DNA of 64,000 nt, taken from assembly GCA_905178155.1 (NCBI GenBank), contig CAJINV010000007.1, positions 2,833,151 through 2,897,150 of the forward strand, written 5' to 3'. Source of the DNA: Amoebophrya sp. A120. Its lineage: Eukaryota; Protista; Dinoflagellata. Each line of letters starts with the position of its first letter. Position 1 is the stretch's first letter. The notes below the pieces were generated by a model, which did no database searches, was not told the DNA's origin, and saw only the letters and a list, made by a program, of their open reading frames with translations. Both the position numbers and the translations under genes were made by a program. Shown piece after piece: positions 38,801-52,266 of the stretch.

Positions 38801-39663
38801 CGCCGGCCACACGCGCAAACAATGCGATAGAGCTTGCACCGACCCCAAACCCCGCGAGAATCTCCATCACCACCACCGGATCACGGTCGAGCGTCTGCAC
38901 CCAGAACATGAGGCTCAACCCGGAGAGTCCCAGGCCGACGACGGTGAAGCCCATAACAGAACCTGCCGTAAAGGCGGTTCTCAATCCGTCGTTCATGGAA
39001 CCAGACGCGCAAGCCGCGGCGGTGCGCACGTTCCCGTCAGTGGCGACAGTCATTCCCAGCCAGCCAGCCGCTCCGGAAAGGATTGCCCCGACAAAAAAGG
39101 CACCCATCACACGCACGCCGTCCGTTCCGGGGTTCTTCTGGGCCATAAGACCGGAGCTATCAGAGATGGGCTCCGCCCAGAAAAGGGCCAGCAGGACCAT
39201 ACCCAGGATGAAGACAAAGACGGCGAGAAATTTGTACTCGATCATCAGAAACGCCTTGGAGCCGCTTTTCACCTTCAGTTGTGCGTTCATTTTACATCTT
39301 CGTTCGATTTGATTTTGATGTCCAGCAAGCGCATCGATGTTGGAGCCAGCGGAATCAAGAACAACGAAGCCGGTTAGAAGCAAAAAAATAAAACTAAATT
39401 ACAGACGGTTATCACGAAAACGCTGACTCGTAAAGTCAATCCCGTACCTGTGCCGCCAGCTTGTCCAACTTTGGCACGCCGATGTCGGCGCCAATCTTTT
39501 GGCCCTTTATCGTCATTTGCAGAAACGCGATGAAAACCAGCGCCAGCGCCCCGGCGATGGTGCCCGGAAGCGCGATCCATACCGGCTCTTTCCATTTCGT
39601 ATACTCTATCACCGGGTCGCCGCCAAAACTGACCGGCGCTGCCGTGACCGTCGTTGTCGTCAT
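35844..39663 (-). CDS. Membrane-integral cation-translocating pyrophosphatase (mPPase), K+-dependent type, multi-exon
   Basis: Motifs [87 protein letters not shown] and [23 protein letters not shown] are spread over about 8 exons. A further 3' exon may lie at 34845-34961. Confidence 0.95.
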
Positions 39664-40924
39664 TCTGTGCAATGAATTCCTTCGAACAAAATCTTGACCT
39701 ATCTTCACTCTGCGGCGTAAAAATTAGTGAGACACAAGAAGAAATTGGTAAAGGGGCGTTCGTCGGCATACCGCTCAGGACCGCAATTTAGATTTTTCTC
39801 CCGGGACATAAAAAGTCACGACGCGCACACAAAACACAGGACAACACGTAAACCAGGTTGAACAACGAAAAAACGAGACAAAAGAACAAACGTCACCGGA
39901 AACACAAACAGTAAATGTTGCCAACGCCTGAACATGAAACTCGGATGCTTTTTTCCTTCGTACTTCGGCGAACGCTTTGCTGGGAGCGTCCAATCTTTAA
40001 ATGAGCTGGTACTTTGGACAATGCCCACATAAGATTTGCATCCCGCTTTCAAGGTAACGAAAGCCAAGATATCTGTGTTATTATAAAGCAGTTATTTCTC
40101 CCGAATCCCAAAAATTATCGTGATCTCTTCTAAATCATTCGTTACTTGCTTGTACAAGAACTTGTGATAAAAATATTGTCACATACCTGTTAATGTTATG
40201 TAGCTCGCACAGCAATGGTATAGTACACCCGGCAACTTCTCAATCAAAAAATTTAAAGAAGCGTAGACGCCCATCAGCCGGTCTGAGTGCTATCAGTTCC
40301 GATTATATCGTGACCATGTACGACGGCAAAATCTTCATTTCCTGGAAAATCAACCGCAGTGACACTTCTGTCGCTGATCTCTCATTAGTTTCCCGGTCGA
40401 GAAGATGAAGAACCCACAAAAAGATAAATTCCACGCTGACTAAAGAACGAGGACAATCTCTGACTACTTTCCTCGTTGTGTTGACAACTTCATTACGAAT
40501 ATGACCCATGTCGCACCAAAACCCCGTTGGGAAGATAAAAGAAGTATGATATGAATGTCGATAGGATAACCAAAACGAGGCTCGTTTTTGTTATTTTAAA
40601 TTTATTCGCGGTTTACTGGCGAGCCAGGTAGCTGCTTCGCCAACCATCTCGAATATGAAAGACGTACTTAGCCTTCTAAAATCTGAAAACCGGGCAGTGC
40701 GAGCGGAAAGCGGAGTCGCCAGCTGGGCAAAGATACTCCTCAGCGAAAAGGTCAGGGGCTCCCTGGTTGCGGCTGGACTGTACCCGAAAATCCAAATCTT
40801 CAAAATCATGGTTGTGCTTGTTGTAGGACAGATTCACAGGGCCCGTGGACGGATAGACGGGGAGCGTTTAGAACAAGATGGAGAAGTAGTCACTCACTTT
40901 CGAGACGAACTCGCAGTTGCTGTC

Positions 40925-43308
40925 CTACACTTGATCTTCTATTTCCTCTCCTCGGCTTCTGTTTTTCCTGTTGGTCGCCTCGTCGCCACAAGAGGATGCC
41001 GAAAAGCCAGAAGAGCGCTCCTCACTTTTCACCGGAATCTGTATGCGCGACAGCAGGTAAATTCCGACGAAGTTCAGACAAAACCCGGCGAAAACCCCGA
41101 CAATGTTCCGCGCTTCGTAGAACCCGTATTCCTGCCAGAACACCAGCCCGTAGCTGCACTCGAACAGAATGCTGCAGCCGTGGAAAGATGGCAACGATTG
41201 CAACGCGCCGAAGTAAAAGATCCCTAGGTTCTGCATCAGTGTACAGGAAACGGCCGCGAAGAGGAAGGTGACGGTCACGAGCAAAAACGCAAGGTTGTTC
41301 TCGGTTGCGCTTGCAGTTGGAGTTGCGCCACCATTGGCACTGGTGGTACTGTCACTGAAGCGAAACAGCTGCTCCGCCCGCACCAGGGTTGCTAACAGGC
41401 TGAAAACCGCCTTGGCACTGGTCACGCTCCAGCCGGAGAGCAGACCGGCAATGAAGTTGAATTGGACGCAGGAGATCTTGCCCAGCCCTGGGTGCGCATC
41501 GACCGACGTTTGCGGGCCGAGAAGAGCAGTGCTAGAGAACGTTGTTTCAGATTTGGCAAGAACCGGTTCCGGTTTTATTCCGCGTGCAGAAAAAAGCTCA
41601 GTTGAGACCATTGATGAAGCACTAGCTGTTGCAGCGCTCGTTTTTGGCGCCCCCGGTGTCACAGGAAACATTAGATCGCCGTCGACTTCATCACGAACAG
41701 GGTTTTGTGTTGCCAGACTTCGAACGCCCGGTAGTACATCTACGCGAGTGCCGAGATGAAATCCGTACTCGTCGCGCGCTGCGCGGCACGAAGGGACAGG
41801 TGTCGTTGTACCAGCGTCGTCCTTTGTTGCTATTGCTGCTGCGGGTCCTGCGTGCTGCTCAGCTTCTCCTTCTACTTGTCTATTGCCTTCCTGGTGGTAG
41901 TTTTCCTCCGCATCTTCTGTATCTGACAACAACGATGCGCCCGAGCGCGTACTGCTTCCACTGGAACTGTCTCCACGATACTTTTCATGTACCACGAGCA
42001 GTGGCTGTTCAGTTCTTTTCCCCCGTGTGAAGCATGAAAATTTCTTGTCAGGAAATTGGACGAGCTGCTGTGATGTTTGTGTTGTACTGCAGCTGTCTTT
42101 GAACTGCTGTTGTCTTTCTCGTCATGCAGCTCTGCCAACATGCTAGTAGATGTAGAACCTCCGCCGAGATAACTTTCTTCCGCCCTGGCTGCGTGTGCTG
42201 TGGTCCTTGTTCTGAAAGAATTCGCAACCCAGTGGTCCGGGGAGGTGTACGCCGTCGCGACTCCGCCTAGGAAATCGCAAGTGCTTCGTAAAACTACTTT
42301 GTCCGGCGTGTAGTCCTCTACTTCGCCTTTGCTCTTGATCCGCATGGCCGACGCTGGCAGGCCCAATGTTGTCACGTGCTCAGGCGTTCCTAAATCCTGC
42401 TGCGTCGCGTTTTGTTCACTGATATTCTTTTCCACAGGAACAAGCACTGTTACAACCGGTGGCGAGAACTTCTCCTCCCCCACTACCGTAGCAGCCTGCG
42501 GCTGCACACGACCACTTTCCTTGTTGAGAACCTCTCGAAACACCCGCACACCAACGGTTGCAATCAACACGACGCAGGCGAGAAAGAGACTGAGGAAGAG
42601 GGGGTGTAGGAAATTCTCCGCCAGCTGCGTCGCGTCCACGTTGCGCGCGTGTTCATCCGGTGGCTCAATACTGTGCAGCGAGATCAGCGCGGTGGCGGAA
42701 ATTAGGAAGACAGCGACGAAGAAATGGAGGCGGATCTGATAGATTATCATGGTGTGGTGTTCACGTAAGAAGTGCTGTCCGCGTTGAGAAGGGATGTAGC
42801 ACGCGACAAGCATCACTCAGTGATGAAGCCAAACGAGCAGGCAAAACAGGTGGAACATCATGAAATTATGCAGTATCAATACCAGTGTTTCCCCTAAAAT
42901 GCACGGCGCGAGGACGAAGTTGGTCAGGAGAGAAAACGGTGCCAGCGCCCCCAAGATCGACTGCGGTCCGATGGCAAACGCGACTCCGTGCAGGCCCTGG
43001 CCGGAAAGAAAAATCGCCAAACCAAGGAGCCATACCGGCTGTTTCAGAATGCTGCTCGCCTGCCGCTTCAAGTCCTGTTCGAGAACGCTATCTGCTTTGC
43101 CATGTAAGTCCGTGTTCTTAATATTTCCTTGTGCATTTTTCGCTACTTCATCCGGTGCCGCACGGCTTGGTACCGCGTTATTTCCTTCGCGGTTCAAGAG
43201 GCTCCATTTCTGCAGGACCAGCCCCAGATTTGTCAAAAAGGACCCGCAGAGGGAGAGGAAAATGGCGTAGAGCCAATTGTTGTTCGAACTGGTGGCTTCG
43301 GCGGACAT
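40925..43308 (-). CDS. NIPA-like / DMT-superfamily (Mg2+) transporter, paralog 1
   Basis: NLGLVLQKWS...QPVWLLGL...AFAIGPQSILGALAPFSLLTNFVLAPCILGE, and C-terminal SVTSAK...YGLVFWQEY. Frame change around 41870-42140. Possible extra 3' exon near 40591-40810. Confidence 0.8.
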
Positions 43309-44801
43309 TTTACTCACTTCTTGCCAGGATGGCTGGGGGAGAACAAGAACTACAACTGCATAGATAGGCTACAAAATAAATGTAGTAGTAGTAGTAGTAC
43401 CCTCGTGATTCGGTGCACTTCTGATGGCACACGTGGAAACACGATTGGCACCAACGCACTTCTGATGGTGCGCGCAGGCACGGCGTCACAGAGACCCAGT
43501 GGCCAATGACTTATGTTTAGTGTTTTTATGCTCCCCGACGGTGGAAGCAGCCACCAGGAGCCCAGGCCAGACGGAAGGTACTGAAACCCGGTAACGAACC
43601 CTCTCTCACTCCGGGGAGGTGCGAGCCACCTCGTGACAGCCACAAGCGGCGCCACCTAGTAATTGGGACTATTTATTAGACGGACTACCGCCGAGAGGCA
43701 AGAAAACTCGTTTAGAAGCCAAGCACGAAATGTTTTCTACCGCCTGGATTAGAAGACCAGACCCTAGGGGACTTAATGAAAGGCGTGCTGAAATTGACTT
43801 CCGAAGACGAATCTTCGAGCCTGTTGATCGCATAAGCTAAATTTTTTAGAACTAATTTTTTTTCCCTTCCGGGTAGAGCAGTCACTTCATCGAAGATCTT
43901 CATCGTCGCGCCCGGAGAACCGCATTTGTGATGCATTTCCATCAGCATACAGATCACGCTGCAATGATAAAGAGCAGTGAGAGACGCCTCCCTATTGGAA
44001 GTGCAAACTATATAATAGCAGCCTGAAATCTGAGTAAGGGCGTAAGCCCGCCTGTGTCTGAGAAGATGGAAATCGGCACAAAGTTGGTGATGGTAGAGTC
44101 TGGATCTGGAAAACCGATGGCACTGCAAAGAGGATGGGGAGGAAGGTGTCGTAGCGTATGTGTCCACCGCACCGTCGGGAGAAGAGACGCACTCCGCGAG
44201 GAAGTGGTGGTTATCTAGCCCGCGGCTCGCCTCCGGAGGAGCCGCCCAAGTAGCTCGCACGTTGCGTTCTTTCGTCGCTACCACTAGTCGAATAAAACCA
44301 TGTGCGTGATTGATAGTTCAACTTCATTCAAGCTCAATATATTAACTTCGGATGAAAAAAATTTTCAAGCTTGGGTGAAAGTCTCGGCATAGTTCTTGTT
44401 ACGAAGATAATGTTATTGATCAACAGCGAACCCCTCAAAAAGAAGGAGACCTGCAAGAGACGACTGTTCGAGGGCGAGAAAACCGTTGCATCAAGAACAA
44501 CCTTTTATTCTTGTTGACTGCCTATGTTGTTAATATCCATAAACACATTCCTAAGCCCCTACGAGTAGTGTGGGATTTTGCCACTCCATCTCTCTCTCTA
44601 TTGTCGAAGAACGAGATTACGAACAGCACGCGCATCACTCTTGATGGTGTTGGTGGTAAACCAACAAGCGAGGAGAGGGGATTTCAAAAGAACGCGCTTG
44701 CGCTTCGCATGAGAAAAGTTTGTTTACGATGAAATCATAATTTCGTTTTCGACCGGAAAAGTTGACAGCTCATTATTCTGTCCATGACCATGTTGATTGT
44801 G

Positions 44802-44861
44802 CCTGGTTTGCATGAATATCAACACCATTCTCCGTCTCCTGGTTTGCATGAATATCAACAC
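44802..44861. repeat. 24-bp direct repeat CCTGGTTTGCATGAATATCAACAC x2 (36-bp period)
   Basis: Copies at 44802-44825 and 44838-44861. Confidence 0.85.
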
Positions 44862-45064
44862 TTAGCTGCATACTATACAGGAATATACTGTGAGACGAAT
44901 AACAGCATACGCAGAGAATGAAAGTCGCCTCCAAGAAGCACCCACTGACATTGAGTGACGCAGACACATATATTCAAAGTAAAAGCCGCTGTAGAAGTCG
45001 TGAGACAGCGAGTACTGCTCTCACTCAACCGATTCGTTTTTGCTCTTTCATTTAAACGTCTTTA

Positions 45065-47543
45065 TCACACTGTCGCCGATCGATGTACCGGGGCTGGCGG
45101 TGAGGAGCACAAATGTAGATCGTCGATCCCCTCCCCACTCATCAACAGCTCTCGTTCCCGGGCTGCAAGATACCTCCGGTGCCGCATAGAAGAGCAGAGC
45201 CAGTCGACGGCCTGATCATGTTGATGATGTTGTGAAAAAATAAAAAATATGTTCATCTTGCAACGTAGCGGTTTGCAAAGCCAATGCCAAAGCGTATGCT
45301 GCACGACTCAACTTCGTCATGCAAAAATGAGCCGGTTGGACAGATAGATACAGAAGAACAAATCCGATTGCGCGTCAATCAACAAGCGCGAGCGACTTCC
45401 ACAAAATGAAAAAATATTTTTACCTTGTCCACCAGCACTTCCAATTTCGACTGTTTCCTCTCGTCCACCACGGGATCATCATCCTTTTCCTCTCCCCGTC
45501 CCACCGCGGTGATCTGCGTCAACATCAAAATCCCGATCACGTTCAGACAGTACCCCAGCCCAACCCCGCACATGTTTCGAGCCCCATAGAACCGGTACTC
45601 CTGCCAGAAGACCAAACCGTACGTACACTCGGCAACGAACGTGCAGCCGTAGAACGCCGGACAGGATTGCAACGCGCCGTAGTAGAAAACGCCCAGATTT
45701 TGCATCGCCGTGCACACAATGCCACAGAACAGGAACATCGCGAAGGCGGGCATGATCGTGAACACCTCGGGGGGAAATTTCAAATCCGTGCCGATGAGAA
45801 CAAAGAAGTTATTTTTGCTGTTGTTGTTCTCTTGCTGGTACATTGGTATTGTGTTTTCTCCATTTCCTGTGCCAGTACCGTGAGAAGGTGAAGAACCCGA
45901 TGGGTCGTGGTCGTGACTTCTGCTATTCCTGGCCGCGAAGTCTTCGATGATGTATGCGAGAAGCCCAAACATCAACTTCGCAGAAGTCACGGACATCCCG
46001 CTGAAAAGTGCCGCCACGATGGAAAATTGCAGGTTGCTGATTCCTGGAAGCCCAGGGCAGTTGTTGGATGTGGTTGTTGAGCCTGCTCTTGCAGCAGACG
46101 GGTCTGGATCGGGCGGTCCTACAACAGAGGAAGAACTGCCGGCGGCTGTTGTGCTGGTGCCTGTCGCGATACTACTTGATGTGCTGTGCTGCGAAAATCC
46201 TCCGGTACCGGTTGTAGTTGTGCCTGAGCCTGTTGTAGTACTGCTATAATCGGATAGATCTTTGACCGCGTTTCCTCTATTCGCCTCCACTTGAAAACAC
46301 GTAGCAGAAGTTGTAGCCGACGGGTCTTGATGCTCGATCTCCGCCATGAAACTCTCACTGCTCATACTCGTCGTGGACGAGGCTCGGGTGGACGGCGGGG
46401 ACTCCGTGAGAAACTGTTTCCCGACTAAGCTTTCTATCTTCGAGAATCGTGTTCTATCTTCACTAGTGTTCTCGTGATTCGCCGCATTCGTCATACTGTT
46501 CCGAAACGGAGACCGTGCGTTGGATGCTTTATTATTTGACGATGTAGATCGCGAATGATGCAGGCTGTCCATTCTCATGTCCGAAGAGGATGCTGGCTGT
46601 TGTACAGCCGCAGCACTGTGGTCAACAGAGTCGACAAGCCCATCGCCTTTGATGCCGTTTTCTTGGCCGGCGCTCAAGAGCCCGCGCCCGCTTGCTCGGC
46701 CGGCTGCACCTGTTTTCACGAAATGGTCATCATCGACCGGTGCGCGCAGCTCCCAGGACGACGAGGATTTGCTTGGAATTTCTATCGCACTTCCACTAGT
46801 TGTACTGCCTGCAGGAGCTCTACCAGCGTCTTCATTCCCGTTATTTTCAGCGTCCAAAATTTCCTTTCTTCTTTTCTGGTCTTCCTGCAGGACCCTTCGG
46901 ATCTGGGACCCCTTCAGCACAACCGTGGTGATACTGAACGCAAAAAGGATGAGAAATGGGATCTGCGACACGTTGTGCATCACCAGAGCATTGTTGAATC
47001 TTTGGTCTTTGTTCCGGGGCTCGATGCTGAAACTGCAGATGATAACCACCGCCGACATGATGAAGAAGGCAGAAACATAGTGGAGCCTGTAAAAACGACG
47101 TGTGGGCGACATAAAGAAGGCTTGATTTTTCTCATGTCGTGCGTATTAAATTATTTCGCATCTGTTCGTAAGCACCGAACGAAGCAAACGCGGAGTAGTA
47201 TCTAAAAGTGCTGGTGCCAATCAACTAATATCGAGTTCTCTGCTTACCTTGTCACCTTCTCGCCCAGCAGCGGCGGCGCCACGAAAAAATTTGTAACCAA
47301 GCAGAACGGCGCCAGGGCCCCCAAAATCGACTGCGGACCGATCGCGAACGCGACGGAGTGGCCTATTTGACCCAAAAGAAACATCGCAAGACCGAGAAAC
47401 CATATTGGCTGCTTTTTGAACTCCTGCCCCCGGTTCTGCAATAAGGACCATTTTTGAATGATCAAGCCCGTGTTGGTCAGGAAGGCCGAGGACAGGGAGA
47501 TGATAATTGCGTACCACCAATTTCGATCGGCGGAGGAAGACAT
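45065..47543 (-). CDS. NIPA-like / DMT-superfamily (Mg2+) transporter, paralog 2
   Basis: Exon 47543-47248 (NTGLIIQKWS...QPIWFLGL...AFAIGPQSILGALAPF), a GT-AG intron, then exon 47086 to about 45425 (SVTSAK, YGLVFWQEY). Probable last exon about 45212-45065. Confidence 0.82.
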
Positions 47544-48071
47544 TTTTTGTACTGGTGCCTAGAACTTCTAGAAGCTAGTATGTATCTCAAAAAGTCAAAG
47601 CCGGGATAGATTTAGATTAGGGGTGCCAGTGCAAAAACTTCTACACATAGCTTACTTCATCAGTACCTATTCTTGAGAGGTTATATTTGCTCGTGACAAG
47701 ATTACTCTCTCTCATGGTTGAACGAAGTACAGGCTCCGTGATCTTCAGATGGCGACTCAAAGAAACACTCGACGGCCACAAACGGCCTTTGCATTTTACG
47801 TTTTCTTCTCCAGTAGCTAGCCCCGGTCTTCTCCTCCGGAAGATCAGCCAGTTACCTGAATAGACTGATGCGAACTCAAAGAAGCCGGGTCGAACAAAAA
47901 GCGAGAAAACTCGAATCACGAGGAAATACTGGACGAGGAGGACGACAATAAGCCTCGCCTTTTCGATACTGTCAAGGAATTCCTAAGCTCGACCGTTGAT
48001 TTTATTTCAACACGATCATAATCTTTCACGACTTTGAAAAGTAACAGAACAATGGAGATAGACTCGTTCTA

Positions 48072-48752
48072 CTATGCCATCTCAAAAGTAGCTTCGTCTA
48101 TGACGCCGTTATCCGCTTCGGCCCGGAAACGTTCGTGTTTGTCTCCCACAAAGAACTCTTTAACCGGGTACACCGTCCCGCTCACACACTTCTGTACCTC
48201 ACTGATCACGTAGTTTACGCCCCGGTAGATCTCCGCGACCCCCTCCATAATGTCGTCTATCGTGTCGGAGACCGCGGTCCGCGTCTTCTCCTTGATCTTC
48301 CTCTCCTTCTCCGCCTTCTCCTATTGAGAGGAAAAATCCCCCCTCCCCATATCAAAACGCAATTTCTGATGCTGGATTTGTGTACACAAATCAGGTCTGT
48401 ATTGCAGAGAGGCACTGCGGCCAGAATCTCAGGCTAGGTAGGGGCGTATGGGTCTAGTTGTTCAGCACGACAAACGGCTCACTTTTAGGCCCAACAGCAT
48501 GACAAATCGCTTCCGTAATGGGGCGGAAGGTTCTGCCCTTGTCTTCTTGCAAGACAAATGTGATCTGTGGCCTCAAATCAGCAACACAAATTTTCGGAAA
48601 CATACCTTTTCGATATGGGGAGGGGGGATTTTTCCTTTGGATATCTCCTGGGCGGCCTTCTGGGCGGGCGTAAGCTCGATGCCCTCCTCGCCACCGCCGA
48701 GTGCGTCCGCAGCGGACTTTTCCTTGTTTGGGTCCTCGGCTGGGGCGGACAT
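48072..48752 (-). CDS. Small hypothetical protein (117 aa) split by an introner
   Basis: Exons 48752-48644 and 48316-48072 total 354 nt in frame: MSAPAED...AQKAAQE-KAEKERKIKEK...TVYPVKEFF...FEMA*. The second exon is not in the ORF track. Confidence 0.75.
48322..48643. mobile_element. Introner family 2, TSD TCTCC
   Basis: TCTCC at 48317-48321 and 48644-48648. TIRs of about 35 bp. Confidence 0.92.
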
Positions 48753-49784
48753 AATTGTGAGGAGTAGACGAGTGTAAAAAGTGCAATATGGTGGAATATG
48801 CTCGTGTATGCTTTCACATAAAGACAATGGTGATCATGCAAACAACTTCGCTTATCTTAAAGGAAAAAACAGGTTGAAATCCACGGAGAGCATCATTGTG
48901 GGCGGTGGACATGCTGTGACGATTGTATTGAGAAAACGGGAAAACTTTTGTGCTCGACGAAACAACCAATTCTACGTAAGCACCGATGTTTTTTGATACG
49001 ACATCACATTGAAGTTGAACGCACGATCATGATATGGACGAAAAATAACACGATCAGAATATGAAACAAATCACGATTACTTAGTCCACGACGTAAATTC
49101 CTTGAACGAAGAAACCTGACCATAAAAACCACGAACGACGGAAGGCACAATGACCTAAATGTGGGACGATTGTTGTAACACGCTCATTATCAACAAGTTC
49201 TCAAGGTAACAATTTCGGAGATTGTACCAGCATCGAAATTGATTTACTATTGCGCGTTGATGTTCCCTTGTTTTTTACATGGACCAATGGAATCTTCTAT
49301 GTTTCTTTTTGCAAGAATTTCATTCTATCTTGTAGTCAAAATTTAAATTTGGCAATTCACCAACGATCGACATCGATGACCTTCACTAGATTTCATCCTA
49401 GAGTATACAATTCTATCTAGTAACGTGTCTCGCAACATTTTTGACTGTGCGAATCACATTCTTATCCTACATATTTTACAAGCAAAATCAACTAAAAAAA
49501 TATTTTCAATCGCGATTTCTTCATGCCAATTTTCTTTCGGACAACTGATTCCTTTACATTTGCCTATGTCTGATCCATCACTATGCAATCGTTTTCAAAA
49601 TAGACCACGACGTATCTACAAGAAGTACAAACCGAAACTTAAAACTTTTTTCATGTGAATGACGCATGAACCTCAAACTGGATTGTAGGACTACATACAT
49701 CAGAAGCATACGTAAACTCGAACACAAGTTGTACCGTCATCAACATCACGTCCCCAAGCAATAATACCATAGAGTTCCTACGAC

Positions 49785-52266
49785 TTACTTCGCGGGGGAC
49801 CCCCTTGCGCGGGTGGTCTGCGCCTTCCGCTCAAAGTAGGACAGTTGCCGCGTCGCGATCGACAAATCCGTCTCCACCTCGTCCTTCCGGCCCATGATGC
49901 TTTTCAACCCACAAAAATCCTCCGCTTCCAACTTCTTCATGCACAGACAGAAGGCCGGAAAGTCGATCCGGTCGGTGTCGTTCCCCTCGCGGGCGCACTG
50001 GTGCATCATGTCCTTCAGCCGGGCCGTTTCCTTCTTCTGCAGCGTCATCTGCAAAGCGCGGAAAAACTCACGGAACTCGGCTGTGATAGATGACATAGTT
50101 GTTTTGTATTTCATTTCTCCATTACAACATTGTCATTCGGAATCCGTCTGTGTCATGCATACCACACATCACGACAGCATGCAAAACCTCAAGAACCCTC
50201 AGTACCGACGCCCAGCTGGGGTTTGCTTTCCCCCTCAACCTTGGCGTACTCGTTGAAAATTGCCTTCAGGTTGTCCACATCCCGCTCCAGATAGCCCGTC
50301 TCGTCGATAATGGCGACCTGCTGGCGGCGCTCCGTGGATTCCCAGTACGCATCCATTTCGCGGAAGAGCGAGAGCATCTGATCCGCCGTGAACCAGCCCG
50401 TTTCGTCAGCGTCAATTTTCTGCATCTCCCGGAGCAGCCACTTCTGGTTCTCGTTGGTGTCAACGCCGAGGTCTTTCAGAACCTGGTGTACGTGTGACCA
50501 ATGCATTCTTGTTGTGGAATTTCAATTTGCCAGAAGTTGTGATGGGCTTAATAGCAGCATGTTCCACGCGAAAATTCATTGCAAAATTGGATCAAAACTT
50601 GTCGTAAAAAGGAAAAAAAATCACATACCTTGAACAACGCACTGGTCTTGACCGCAATCTCGCTACCGTCTTTCCTCGCGGCCCGCTGCATGGCCCGGGA
50701 CTTGGAAAGTTCCGCGACTTTATCGAAATCCGCATCGTCATCCGAGTCTTCGTTTGCCTCCGGATTCTTCTCGGACAGTTCCGAGATGCTGGAAACCGGC
50801 TGCGCGCCCCGCTCCTTCATGGCGCCCTGCACTTTCAGTGCGAAGGTGTTCGCGTAGCCCCTCCAGGGGTGCGCGTCTTGCATGTTCTTCGTAAAAAGGT
50901 GGACGAAGGAGAGGAAATTTTCAAAGGAGATCTGCTCCTCGCTGCCGTCCATCTGAAAGAAGTAGAGTTTGTCATGCTGAGAGCAAGTCGACGAGATCAT
51001 ATGATCATTCAGTTATGCAGCCTGTTTGAATTCAGCATACTGGTGGGTCCTCTTGCAGCATGCATGCGATGAAAAAATCATCTCTGTGATACACGAAACT
51101 GCTATGTACCTTCAGCCCCATTTGTTGCGCGGTCTTTTTGTGCACGGCGTCCACCATTTCACGGGTCATGTCGCGGACCAGATCCTGGCCAAAAAACCGC
51201 TCACCAATCATTTGCAACCTGATATTTTTTTTCAACATGCGACGTTTAGTACAGCATCTGGTTCTGCTGGACCATTTCTGGTGTCATGCGCTCCAACAAT
51301 GTAATCCTTTTGTGAACGCATGCAAATGAAATTTTGCATGAAAACAGAAACCAGCGCTGCAGCAATAAAATGTGTGGAGTGAAAAGATGAATCCTCTCAT
51401 GCCAACGTCCTATCATACCGGGAGTCCACTTTGATGAAGTTTTCCAGCTTATCCTCAGCTTCCAACTCACCGAAAACAAACGACAGCCTGTCCAGCTGCT
51501 CTTGCGATATCAAATGTAAAAGTGTCTGGGTCTGGAAACTTGTGATGCTGGGGGGCGTCTCATGATGAGGCCACAAGTGCTGGCTCAGCATGACAAGTTT
51601 CTGAGCTTCTAGGTGTTGCCTATTCTGCATGACAAACTGCGTTTCTGCATCACAGAAAAATGGAGCTCTTGGGTAACGTGCATGACAGATTTAAGAGTCA
51701 TGCCAGACAAGCATGACAAACATGCATTCTTCCAGACCCAGACATTTTTGCAGTTGATATGCGAGTAGAGGACACGAAACCGTGCCCAGTTGTCTTCGCT
51801 ACAGGAAGACCGGCGGCGGTTANTTCTTCCAGACCCAGACATTTTTGCAGTTGATATGCGAGTAGAGGACACGAAACCGTGCCCAGTTGTCTTCGCTACA
51901 GGAAGACCGGCGGCGGTTAAAACCTATGGAAGCGTCAGGTTTGAAATCGTCAAAGTTGAAATAATTTGCAATGCATAAGATGCATGACCCGAGGCGCGTG
52001 TGTTGCAGAGCAGGCAAGTGAGGCCGATTGTAAGCCTGTTTGGGGTTACAGCTCGAGCTGCTAAAGTAGCATGAGAAAATCGCTCTTCTTTGCCTAAGCA
52101 GCATGACAAACTGGATTTAGGGACCACCGAAATTTGTCATGCGCCACTTGAAAACTGGGTTCCAACTGGCATCCATTTTATGCATGACAAATTATTTCAA
52201 CTTTGTCGATTTCAACTCTGACACATCCATAAAACCCGCTTTGAGGTTTTGCGACTGGGTGGCCAT
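49785..52266 (-). CDS. Multi-exon EF-hand (calmodulin-like) protein
   Basis: MATQSQNLKAGF-NRRRSS...VLYSQ-EQLDRL is rebuilt across two introners. EF-hand-like segments EQISFENFLSF, IDADETGWFTADQML, SITAEFREF and DTDRIDFPAFC. Confidence 0.72.
51508..51759. mobile_element. Introner family 1 (divergent interior), TSD TGCGA
   Basis: Family-1 TIRs. TGCGA at 51503-51507 and 51760-51764. Confidence 0.9.
51727..51919. repeat. Exact 96-bp tandem duplication separated by an N (probable scaffolding artefact)
   Basis: 51727-51822 equals 51824-51919, with n at 51823. Confidence 0.85.
51925..52231. mobile_element. Introner family 3 (TIR TATGGA..GTCAG..TTGAAATCG.CAAAGTTGAAATAATTTG), TSD AAACC
   Basis: AAACC at 51920-51924 and 52232-52236. 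Near-identical to 62587-62893; both are 307 bp. Confidence 0.92.

Noticed and set aside
43616-43660. Helitron-like 3' end (hairpin plus CTAG) or LTR primer-binding site TGGCGCC
   Set aside because: The stem is only 6 bp, and no matching 5' end, LTR pair or coding motifs were found.
51727-51919. Apparent tandem duplication of an exon plus introner end
   Set aside because: It is an exact 96-bp copy separated by a single N, typical of an unmerged contig overlap.
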